DNA of 57,298 bases, filler included, from Sphacelaria rigidula (taxonomy: Eukaryota), in assembly GCA_964200075.2 (NCBI GenBank). It is 5 parts of 5 records of this genome, joined end to end, with 100 filler letters (N's around TTAATTAATTAA, not from the genome) between each part and the next. Parts side by side here need not be neighbours in the genome. Positions count along the whole stretch, not along the records: positions 34,443 to 45,821 come from CAXNAA020004998.1; positions 45,922 to 57,298 come from CAXNAA020004999.1; 3 more parts are not named here. One strand, 5' to 3'. Of the stretch, positions 40,140 to 51,207 are shown piece by piece (positions within the stretch are counted from its first letter, which is position 1; every line of letters begins with the position of its first letter). Below the pieces are notes generated by a model. That model was given only the letters and a program-made list of their open reading frames with translations. It made no database searches and was not told the DNA's origin. Made by a program: the position numbers and the translations under genes.

Positions 40140-40656
40140 CTGTTGTTCGCGTTTTATCGAGAAAAGAGGAAGAGAAACCGATAAGAATCAAGTGGCGCGT
40201 GTGATTCTCACACGCGCTAATTGAATGACCATTTGGCTGGCGATCTTGGTGACATCCGAGTAGGTTTCCATCGTCGGTTGTTGGCACAGCAGTACTTTGC
40301 TTTCGAGTCCAGCGCGATGAATACACCGGTACAGAATAGTGCTCGACTCTTAGTTGCACATGATGTGTCGCTCCGTGTCTAATTTGAGAGAGTGCAGAGA
40401 TTCACGACCGAGCGTATATCCTCACCATCATGGAATGTATTCCAGCCACGGTATTGTCCTTCGAAAAGGATCGACATACGAGCAAGTTAATGGTCTCACG
40501 CTCGATCGGCATTCCGAATCCGTATAATCTACGGTCATTCTCAGTCGGGTTCTTTCCATACAGACACGACGAAGTAACGTGTATGCAATACCTAACACAG
40601 GCCGGCAGGTTGTGCACATGCACATTGAAGCCTTGGATAAGACCCGCAGTACGCAC

Positions 40657-40736
40657 CTGGCGCAGCACATCCCAACTAGTAACCGGGTCTGCTTCAGTGA
40701 GCACCTCGTATGCTCCCCACGGATCCACTGAATGGC
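40657..40736 (-). CDS. Gene A exon 2: start of Peptidase S74/ICA-like domain
   Basis: CAG|(S)HSVDPWGAYEVLTEADPVTSWDVLRQ|GTGCGT; phase 1/0. Confidence 0.7.
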
Positions 40737-41139
40737 CTGTGAAGGAGCCGTACGTTTTCGTAGGTCACGGAGTACAGTACCGCCAAGGGTTGCTTGTTTC
40801 GGTAAGGATTCGCTGGATGCTACGGTGGTCACGCCACTAAATATAGCGTCGTCGAGCAGATTCCATGGAGATCTTGTAATGAACGACGCATAACGAGAGT
40901 GCCTGGACTACTTCCTCGGTCACCTACCGCGCTCGTTAGAATAACCTTCGTCGCTCTCTCATGGAGATCGAGCGAGTGAGACATGACGATCTCTTCTACC
41001 GGTCGGATACAGTGAAAGATCAAGATACATCGGCGTTAATGTTTGGGTTTCGAACAGAATTTGGCTCTGCATAATTACTTTTGAACATGAAGGCTTAGCA
41101 TAGCTGTGGGCATGTATACTCTAGTCATCATCATCTCAC

Positions 41140-41761
41140 TTTCTGTTTTTTCGCTGCCGGTGTGTTCCATGTCAGACCTGAGACCTGTAGCATGACGCCC
41201 ACTCTCGTGGTCATCGCCATCAATCTCCGCGCTATCCCCGTCACCCCCGCCTCCGTCACGCTGATCCTGGTGAAATCCACCATCATCACCCGTGGTTTGG
41301 CAGTCCGACGAGGATGTTGCGGTTGCTGAAGAGGGTTCGCCTTTCACTCCACTGCCGTGTGTAGCAGCGCATGTATTGCCAAGTGATGGTCGGTGTTGAG
41401 CGGGCACAGGTGTTGTTGGGTCCTGTCTTCTGCCCACGGTCTTGATGGTGCTGGTGCTGGAACTGTTCAGCAACCTGTGTCCTCTTTCTTCCCCAGCATC
41501 TACGACATTTGTTCCGTGGCCCTCAACTGCAGCTTGGGGTGGTTCTGGTATAATCTCAGATGTGCGCTCGCGGTATCCTTTTGAAGAAGCGTTGGCTGCA
41601 GCTCGGGGGAGGATATTTCTTGTGTTTGCGGTACTATTGTCCGAGGTTGCCGAAAAACTAATGTTATACTCGTCGACAGCTTGGGTCGCGCAGAGTATGA
41701 TAAACGCCGGTAGCGCGGTGAACAAGCTCCGAAATATTGGCGATGAGGCTAAGATTGACAT
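41140..41761 (-). CDS. Gene A exon 1: predicted signal peptide plus low-complexity region
   Basis: MSILASSPIFRSLFTALPAFIILCATQA|VDEY hydrophobic leader; several N-X-S/T sequons; donor A|GTGAGA (phase 1) matches the next exon. Confidence 0.65.
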
Positions 41762-42119
41762 TATTTCGTTCACCACCTTATCTCTGGCACGGCCGAGCCT
41801 GGCTCGTATGGAAGAGGATGTACGTGATGAACTTTGAGCAAGACGCAAAACCAAACAAACGCGGAGCAATTCCTGTCCGATGACTTCTGATGAAGGATTG
41901 GGCTATGTCACGTTCCCCAACACCCCCTTCCAAACAACGGCAACGATAGCACACCAACAGCGACACTACAACGAGGGATGGTAACTTCAGTAAGTTCATC
42001 GAATAAACTCACGCTATGTAATTTCCGCATGAATCTGAGATCAGATTTCACAAGCGAGAGATATGTATTACTCTCGCTCGAACGGTTCACAATTTGAAAC
42101 GGTCAATGCATCGCAAAAT

Positions 42120-42170
42120 AACGCGGCACAAATGATTTTCTCAGGGGAAACGCGGCACAAATGATTTTCT
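42120..42170. promoter_or_regulatory. 22-bp direct repeat in the divergent intergenic spacer
   Basis: AACGCGGCACAAATGATTTTCT at 42120-42141 and 42149-42170, between the head-to-head ATGs at 41761 and 42275; regulatory role is inferred. Confidence 0.4.
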
Positions 42171-42274
42171 AGCTCACGTCCACGATCTCCAATACGTGCA
42201 TACCGTCTGTGGTAGTGAGCACAGGAGAGAAGATCGGTAGCTAGAATAGGCCTAATGTTACCACGGATTCACAT

Positions 42275-43408
42275 ATGACTTTAACCTTCACATTCACATC
42301 GCGGCGGTGGGTTTGGGTCGCCGTACTACGTGTTTCCGTCGCTTCGATTGCGACCTTCCCTGGCGGCTTCGGCGTGGAAGCCATCACCAGTGGCACCGGT
42401 GGTTCATCGGGCACATGCATCACCACCCCCGCCACACCCACACCCACCACCTGTTCCGACTCCTCGACATCCAGCACTAAACCGTCGATTGTCTCGTCAT
42501 CCGATTCAAAAGGAGTGACGATCACCGAGACGTCGCCACAGCAATGCCAGCAAGTAGTGGCAGAACATGCAGGACAACCTTACCACTCCAAGTCCGTTGT
42601 CGACGACGATAGTAATCAGCCAGAGGGCTGTTCGTTATTGCCATCCAAAATCGACACCCCGCCTCACAGGAGTAGGTCTTTCACAGGTCTTGCAGATGAC
42701 ATTGGTGATGATCTGACGGCGCTTGGTGACCGCGTAGGCGATGCGCTGCGGCAGGCAGATAATGATGACAACGCGCAAGTCGCTCCTTGTGAAGGTGGGA
42801 CCTGCTCAGGAGCTGAACGGGTCAGGGTTGAGGAAGAGTGTATCAGGTCGACAGACGAAGCTGAAGAAAAGTGTAATGATGAGAGTGATGAAGAAAGTAA
42901 TGGAAAGAGTGATGATGATGGTGGTGATGGTGATGATGGTGATGAAAGTGATGATAGTGACGATGATGATGATGGTGATCGCGAGGATAGCGGTGAGAAC
43001 ACCTCTTCAACAGGGGAGAGTACAACTGACCACCAACTTGCAACTATCGAGTGCACGGGCAAAGACGATGACAGCACCGAAAATGATTATTTCAGCCAAG
43101 GAGAAAATACCGTCTTGTCGAGAGGGAAACAACATCATCTCCCATTGTCTATGCCCGACGAATTCAGTCTCAACACGCAAGATCGTGTCGTCGATGGCAG
43201 TAGTGACCGTATCATCACTGCCATAAAAGAGTCAGAGGAGCAAGAAACGGGAGGCATCATTGTGTGCGGCGAAGGTGGGGAACACCAGAAGGTGTGCAGC
43301 AAGGGACAAGTGTGCTGCAACCACAGCTGTGGAATATGTGTCCCGCGAGGCCAAACATGCCTAGAGATCGCTTGTGGAGGAGTCACACAAAGAAGCGGTC
43401 CGACAAGG
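42275..43408 (+). CDS. Gene B exon 1: probable secreted protein with Ser/Thr-rich and Asp/Glu-rich regions and a Cys-rich module
   Basis: 378 codons; hydrophobic leader RRWVWVAVLRVSVASIATF; acidic DDG tract; CGEGGEHQKVCSKGQVCCNHSCGICVPRGQTCLEIAC; donor AGG|GTGCGT, phase 0. Confidence 0.75.
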
Positions 43409-43612
43409 GTGCGTGTGATATGGTGTACGCGCAAATACAAATAGCCCAGTCCCAGAACCTACGTAGCGCAACGCGAGTAGGTGGAACAGATGCTAAGTAA
43501 ATCATAGCTAATGCCACCGAATAGCAATCATTTTTCTCAATTGCTGCATGACGTTTATCGTCGTGGATAACGCTGTTCGCAACCTTCCTCCCTTCTCTAA
43601 TGCACTTCTTAG

Positions 43613-43783
43613 GCGAACGACTCTCCTACGGGTATTCGCGCTTTGCGAAATAATGTGGTGGTCCTCTCGCTGAGCACAAATCCTTCATTGCCGCCGAAGG
43701 ACAGACTGAACCAACTCAGGGTTCAGCAGCCAGAACTCTTTACCCATGTCAGCACCAAAGGTTTCAAGCGGTTGCTTTCTCAG
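43613..43783 (+). CDS. Gene B exon 2
   Basis: CTAAT branch point, TAG|ANDSPTGIRALRNNVVVLSL...KGFKRLLSQ|GTAACA; phase 0/0. Confidence 0.7.
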
Positions 43784-44333
43784 GTAACAGCACACGGACA
43801 GGGTACGGGTTTTGTTGTGCGCATAAGACAGCCGGATGAGGTGTCTTCCCGTCTATCTATATGCAACGTAAAACTGTTCGCAGCAGTGGGATTAGGATGA
43901 TGTGCAGGTGTTGGAGAAAGCGGTGTTGAGAACGCAATGATGTCTTTCGCTGTTGACTTCTTACTAACATTCATTCGTCTGTGCGGTTTCCACCGTGGCC
44001 CATGCCACCGATGTGTAGCGCTATTTGTAACTCGTTCTCTCTAGACGGCAACTGTTTGAATTTGCATGCCTAAAGCTTTATGTCGGCACATCGTATGATC
44101 ACTGGATTCTTGCCATCTGCCGAGCTCTCCTGTGTTCCCCACACACACCGCGAACCCATGCATATTCGCTATGTTTTATATACATTATCGTAGCCCCCAT
44201 TTGCACTTGTAGAAGCGCTCTGACACCACACTGGTGCCGGTAGACATTGTGTCATTCTCCGAGCTACCCAGTATCTGATACCCTGCATCACTTCACTGCC
44301 CCCCTTGACGGCCGCTATAACAATGTATCGCAG

Positions 44334-44663
44334 GTGCTAGCAGTTCCCGACACAGCAAGCGCAGCAGCACCATTATCTCGGAAGCGTGCTACCGCCATCA
44401 CACCGAAAATCTCGTATAATCGAGCAAAGCTCCGACCGAAAGCCGGTTCACCTGCAGTAAGCACTCCCAGTAGAGGCAAGGTAAATGCGGGTGTCGTCGC
44501 TGCAGCAGAATGGGGGACAAATTCACGTCCACCGGTGGGGTCTAGTGAAGAAGGGGGGAGGCGGCGTGGGGGGGGAAGCAATGAGCGACACATGGGGCAG
44601 TCCATCACGGGACTGGCGGATGTCGATGTTGAGTCCACGATGCAAGGTCTACTCGATAGAGAG
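44334..44663 (+). CDS. Gene B exon 3; later exons not identified
   Basis: CAG|VLAVPDTASAAAP...DVESTMQGLLDRE|GTACGT; 330 bp, phase 0/0. Confidence 0.65.
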
Positions 44664-45821
44664 GTACGTGATGAGGTGTTGAAGGCCGAAGGGATATGGG
44701 TGATGAGATCAGACATACACCATTGTCATTTCGAGTTGTTATCGGCAAGGTGTAAAAGCGTAGCTCCACTTCCTCACATTTTTGGCTTGATTCATGTGGG
44801 AAGTAAATTTTTGTGAGGTATGGAAACTGTCAGCTCCATATCGTAGCATCACGTACACCTGTTAGGGTGGGCTGGAGATGACGGGTTTAATGTCGGAGTT
44901 CAATTCGGTTGGGAGCGTACACCGTGTATGCGTACCCCATACATCAAATCATTGTTGACGCCATCAGGTGTCGGCGGAAATGCAAGAGGAAAGTGATCGG
45001 CTGGGACGAAAGCGAGCAGACGCCGTGCGGTCTGCGATGGGACACCTGTGGGTTGGTTACACGGAGCACGCGTGGGGGAATGACGAGGCGAGATAGAGCA
45101 ACAACCATTCATCTGTCTCATGGCAGACGGATTCGTTTCCCTTGTCCAGATGAAACGGCGTCCATTCGCTTGCGCGTTTTTGGATGTAGAAAGAGCGCTT
45201 AACGCAAGTATACCCGCTCTTTACCGGTCAGAACATTTTAGTCACGCACGGGTAGGGCGTGTGCGAGTTACCGCGAACGCTCTTGTGTTGTGTGCTGGTC
45301 CTCCTCCCAAGGCGGCGATCTGCGGAGTAAAAAGATATATTGCCAGGAAGACCACCGCAGTAGAAGCGATATTACACATGTGTATGGGGCGAGTATTTGA
45401 TCAAAGCGCGAGAGATGCTCCGAAAACATACAGCAGTATGTGTTGTTGCTATCGGGCTCGTGTGCTCGTTCGACGATGAAAGCCACGAAAAGAAACGAAA
45501 TTCGACGTCGCACACACCGCCGCGGTCTATCTGGTACAGTGTATGGAACCAATTTGATCGGCAGAACCCCGTCCAAATCGCCCCAGATGCATTTGGGCTT
45601 ATTACTTAGAAGTGTCTGACTCCCTCCGTTCAAAATGTGAAGGCGGGAGTAGCACAAGGATTCAGTTACTTTGACGAGTGCCGATGTCGTGCGGGAGCGC
45701 CGATCCAATCCGCGATACCAAATGTGAAGCGTGTACCGGGGGAGGCACGGACTTATCCCTTCAGGTCGCGGGCTCACGCTAAGAGGGGGGGGGGGGGGTA
45801 ATCATGATCATGCATGCCGTA

Positions 45822-45921
45822 NNNNNNNNNNNNNNNNNNNNNNNNNNNNNNNNNNNNNNNNNNNNTTAATTAATTAANNNNNNNNNNNNNNNNNNNNNNN
45901 NNNNNNNNNNNNNNNNNNNNN
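45822..45921. other. Artificial contig linker
   Basis: N44-TTAATTAATTAA-N44. Confidence 0.99.
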
Positions 45922-46131
45922 ATTGATCCACAACCAGCTTGTTCGAACAACCGTTGCTGCTTTCAACGACGATCTGACTCGAAATTTCGAGCAACAAGTA
46001 GCCCAAAATACCCCCCCCCCTATCGTAGGATGACTCGTTTGCGTTTTGTTTTGCCCAGGATGTTTCACGCTGGCAACGACGACTGCCAAAAAGCAGACCA
46101 CGTACACCATAAAGATCTTCTCCACATTAGA

Positions 46132-47310
46132 CTTCAAATGTTGTGATAATAAGCGACCATGAAAAACAACAACACGACGAGTGACATGTGCGGCGAGCCG
46201 ACAACTCCAATCGCCTGTGGCCACAATCACTCCGTGATCCAGTCCCGCCCGACTCAGTGAAAAAAATCAAAATGAGATCTAAAACACGTAATGGCGTGCG
46301 GCCGTGCAGCCCCGGTGCACTCAAGGGCACTTGCGACATCGAACACAATATAATCATCCTCAAGAAATGATAAAAAAAATTAGGAACACAATCGCCCGCC
46401 GACAGCGCGCGGCGGCGATCACACCTTTCCATACCCGCCCCGCCCCGCCACCGCCACCGCCACCGCCACCGCCACCGCCACCGCCACCGCCACCGCTACC
46501 GCTACCGGACCCTCCAAAAATAATATACACAAAATCGGCGACAGTCGCGCCGTGTAACGGAATCCACGCCGCGATAGTCACAAAAGCAGCCAACACCTAC
46601 GACGGCCCTCACCGCATGAAGGTGGAGCGATAATGTCAATTCACCAGTGTGCCGCTCCCGCCTTTCTTGCCGACAGCATGATAATACGACCTGGGTGTGG
46701 TTCCACCAGGTCATACACAATCGGCCGCCGCACGACGACGGCGGCGACCGCACCCGTCGGCGTACCAGCACTGTTTCTAGCGCCGACGGGGAAAGAAACA
46801 CACTGCATCAGCGGCGGTCACGTTCTCTACTGGTCGCCCGCAAACACTGCTCGCCTGCGTGCAGGACGCATCCTTCACGCTGAAAATCAGCACATAAGCC
46901 TTCAAATGTTGCGGTAATGAGCGGCCATGAAAAATAACACGACGAGTGGCATGTGCGGCAAGCCGACCATTCTAGTCACCGGTAGCCACAATCACTGCGC
47001 AACCCAGTCCCGCCCGACCCACTAGAAAAATCAAAATGGGATCTAAAACACATAACAGCGTGCGGCCGTACCGCCCCGGCGCACTCAAGGGCACTTGCGA
47101 CAGCAAGCACAACGTAATCACCCTCAAAAACGAAAAACAAAATGTGACAATCACACTCGGCCGCCGACAGCACGCGGCGGCGATCACACTTTTCCATACC
47201 TCACCCGCCACCGCCACCGAACCCTCCAAAACCAATACGCACAAAATCGGCGACAGTCACGCCGTGTAATGGAAATCCACGCCGCGATAATCACAAAAGC
47301 AGCCGACGCC
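46132..47310. repeat. Diverged ~430-bp direct duplication (46132-46598 and 46900-47310); (CCGCCA)n expanded in copy 1
   Basis: CTTCAAATGTTG...GCACTCAAGGGCACTTGCGACA...CACAAAAGCAGCC present twice. Confidence 0.85.
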
Positions 47311-47395
47311 GCCATCCGCCTGTGCTGAACCCCAGGATCCGACTGGCGGCTACGGCGCCCCCCCCACAACTGCCGCAGCGCCCCCGCCTCCAGGT

Positions 47396-50300
47396 TCATA
47401 CCTCCGCACCCTTTTCCGTGACCTCGGCTGCCCGTTCTTCCTTTTGGAGGAAATGTGTTGTCTTGCCACCTTGTGCAGGTCGTAGTCGATGCGCAAGTCT
47501 TGCACATGAGAATTTCGGCCCCGGCGCACTCGCGGCACGCGCATACCCTCTTTGTTCTCTAGTACAATCCCTTGCGCTGCAGACGCGGGCGTTCTTGCTG
47601 TAAGCCGAGTGCCACATTGGCCGGAAATTGTCACGAGCCGGGTCGAGGGGTGTGCTCTTCCGCTTCCTGCTGGGGCCCGGGAGGTGCGTGTTCTCGCCCA
47701 CACTGCACTTGCTTTCAAGGGCGTCGGACAAGTGAATGTCGAACGTGCACGTCTCCATCGAGATCAGCTTTCTCAATGCCTCTTCCATCGCGATCAAATC
47801 CCACGGCTCGAGGTCGGTCTCCTTTATGTGCTCCTCCTCGGTTGCCACATCGGCGATCTCTTTGGTTTTCTCTGCCTGCCGGATCCCCAATCGCCTCCGA
47901 TGGGCCCGCACTTGGCGCAGCAACCGCTTCGCCCACTTGACCATGGCGACCCGGGAATTAGTACCCGCCTGCCGCAACTTGTTCTCAAATGACCTCTTCC
48001 AGTAGTAGTTCTGCGGCTTGTGATCAGTGGCGTGGGCGGAGTTCCGTTGGTCGGCCACATCGACCCCGCGCATGTACTTCACGTAGTCCACGCGATGGGG
48101 TGGCTACTGGCCCGGTACCTTCTGCCCGTTGTTCCCGGGCACATGCTTCCTGTGCAAATGGGGGATGGGAGGGAGCCATGAAAGCACGGAGTCGCGAAGG
48201 AAATCGCGGAGGCGGTTGGCACCGGGTGAACAGTGGTGCATCCTGGTGTAGCTGTCACCATTGCTGTTATGTCACATTTTTGGTCCCTGCAGAACGATTT
48301 TTGCAAGGGTGGGTCGAGTAGAGTATACTCAACACTCAGTATTTTTGAATTATTCTTTTAGTACTCAAAGTTTGAGTACAGTATTTGAGGTCGTACTCAA
48401 CTTACTCAATTATTCGTGTAGAGTATTTCAGATCATACTCAATCTACTCGAAATTCGAGTACAGTATTGAGGTCATACTCAAGTGATACTCTGTACTCCA
48501 GTATTACGGAGAGTGCTTACTCAATCCTTGAGTAGAGTATTTGAGGTCGTACTCCATCTACTCAAAATTCGAGTAAAGTATTGAGGCCGTACTCGATCTA
48601 GTCGAAACTCGACTAGAGTATGGAGGTCATACTCAAGTGATACCCTACACCCAAGAAGTACTCGGAGTGCTTACTCAATATTTGAGTAAAGTGTTTGAGA
48701 TTGTACTCGATCTACGAAAATTTGAGTAGAGTATTGGAGGCCGTACTCGACCTACTTGAAATTTGAGTAGGTCATTACTTAAACGTCGAGTAAAGGAAAT
48801 ACCTGAGTATTTTACTCGCGTACTTGAAAGTACGTACTGTACTCGACATACCCTTGGATTTTTGCTTGGATTTTTGCTACGTGGGCCCGCCAACAGCGGT
48901 AGTGGACGACTGCAATGATGGGTACAGTGATCCTACGGCGAAGGAGTACCATAATCACAAGTCCAAAACAAAAACGTAAACAGTAGCCACAAGACCCCTG
49001 CCATCAAATCAACGACCACTGATGTCACACCAGACACGCTACGCATACCGTTTTTGACATATTTGTAATGAACCATGCACAACGAACAGCACGGACTTGG
49101 GTAACGGTAGTCACTGCTCCGAACTACCTTTCACCATGAAACTGCAGTGGCTGTTGGTATGAAAGGAAGAGACAGGGAACCAGTTAAAAACCATATTCCT
49201 AGGGTTAGTCCGATGCTCTGGAGTGTGATATATTGAATCGTTTCACTATTTCACGGAACAAAAAAGGTGCTCTTAGGTGCGGGGGAATTCTGCAACGCTC
49301 ATCGTGTAAATTTTGTGCCACAAGACCCACTAGCATTGCCGGGGGAGAAATGGTCATCGCCCATGTTTCTTCACCCTCCGACCAAAACCTGCAACTAACG
49401 ATTTGTCGCAGCCCATCCATTACTACGACAGCCACTTCATATATACACATGTATGTCGGGAATTCCCGTATCCACGCATCTTGCACATATCAAAATTGTA
49501 AGGTATTCTCCCGATTGAGGATTTTGCAGACACCATCCGCGACGTTCACTCGAGTACATCGCTCGAAAGGAAAGAATCGTAGTGAGGAATTTTCCTCGTC
49601 ACGAGATATCTTACGATTCACCACAGAGACTGGAGCGATACGGAACGGCCGAGCTCCAGGACCTGAAGTACGTCATCCTCGGGAAAGCGGTGTACTGGGA
49701 GCCAGCGAATTTTCGACAGATACATGTAGTATTTTTTGGAGATAGGTGACCACTTTGGGACAAACAGAACCGTTGTGCATGGACAACGCACTCTACCAAT
49801 GCACGTGACACAATAGAAGACACGTAATCGCCGACAACTTCCTCCTGCTCCCGCACCACATCCGTCATCACTCACGAGTACTCCATGGCTTGGTGGTGTT
49901 CCTCGTACACGTGGGCAGTCGACGATAAGAGCAAGGGAACGGAATCGACCCAGGACACGAACGACAGCTGTCCACAGCGCGTGAAAATCATATCCCCTCG
50001 CTTCTTCGCTTCCAAACTGCGGCTCTGCCAAAAATTTAACGCGCCAGCCACTCCCGCCCTGTTCTTCCGAACAGTCCCCACGCTGAAAATGCCGTGCGTG
50101 AGGAGGCATAGCTGGAGCATGGGGGAGGTGAGGAAGTTGTCCATGGCAACATGCACCCCGGTGTGCTCGAGCTGCGGCCCGAACTTATCACAGGCTTTTA
50201 GAAGGATGTACAGAACCATTCGGGTTGTGCGACCGAGAGGGCAGTTGGCCCATTCGCTGAGGTGAAAGATGAGAAAATCTACTCAGGAGTTGCCGTATAC

Positions 50301-50663
50301 ATGATGCTAAGAAAACCTTCTTCGGGCGACTGCACATGAACGTGGGCTTTTCGGGCTGCTCTATGCGCAATAAAGGCCACCCGATGTCATATTTATCTCG
50401 CTCTCGCGAACGGAGACCAACATACGTCACGTTTCCTCGATCACCTCCCCGTTGTGCGAGCTTATCGCACGAAACGAGACTATAATTGTTATTGCAAACA
50501 AAACATGCAGCACTTGCCGTGTTTGATGGGCTTGTTCTTGTTGAACCTGATGAGGAAGTGAGCAACCCTTGCAGTGCACTTCACCATCTGCTCGTCGAAG
50601 GCTATCCACAACCCGACCTCGGCAGCCTCACTCCACGCCCCATTCAGTATTTCCTCCAGTCTC
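47396..50663 (-). pseudogene. Intron-containing piggyBac (DDE_Tnp_1_7-type) transposase pseudogene; exons ~50663-50518, ~50479-50381, 50256-49876, 48149-47396
   Basis: IAFDEQMVKCTAR...NKPIKHG, YVG, VAMDNFLTSP...GTVRKNR, and DYVKYMRGVDVADQ...YWKR motifs in the correct order; compatible splice phases; in-frame TAG near 48105 and a frameshift near 50430. Confidence 0.88.
48304..48856. mobile_element. hAT-type MITE with perfect 8-bp TSD inside a piggyBac intron
   Basis: GATTTTTG|CAAGGGTGGGTCGAGTA...TACTCGACATACCCTTG|GATTTTTG; interior made of TACTCAA/TTGAGTA repeats. Confidence 0.88.
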
Positions 50664-51123
50664 CTGTGGAGCGAAAGAGGGTTAGGAGGGCGTGTTCTGT
50701 GTTACGGCGGGGGATGCCAGCGTCATGCGGGTTCTGCGTACAGACATCCTTGCATCCAAAACGAGGAGAGGCCGGCGGTGGTAGCCCCGACACAGATGTA
50801 ATACCAAGTCTGCGTCTCGGTCACGGTCGGGCTGTCTCACCACGAAGCCGAGGGGGGAGGGGGACGCGTATTCGCTTGTTGCTTGCCTTAGTCGTTTCAC
50901 CATTGACCACAAATCCCTTTCGAGACGGAGCACCGGTCCTACTCCTAATGAAGCCACCTTCGACACCCAGGTGCTCATTACGTTTCTTTGATACAATGCG
51001 AAACCCTTCACATATCTAATCCCCGTCCTGTTTGGCCATCTGGGCCAAACACGGGAACACGCTGTCGCGCCCCCCTCACCCCCATACATGTACCCATCCA
51101 CGCTCTCTGGAAGTATGTATACC

Positions 51124-51207
51124 TGTTACAGATTTATTGGTCATATTACAGTCGACTGGGTTCCATTTGTCATACTTTGTCACGCTCGATACCTGATGGG
51201 TCATACT
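51124..51207. repeat. ~83-bp dispersed repeat, second copy at 57148-57229
   Basis: TGTTACA.ATTTATTGGTCAT...ACTGGGTTCCATTTGTCATACTTTGTCA...TACCTGATGGGTCATAC. Confidence 0.8.

Noticed and set aside
14360-47396. Functional cluster of FARSB, LST8, the ICA gene and piggyBac
   Set aside because: Each lies on a different contig joined by artificial linkers
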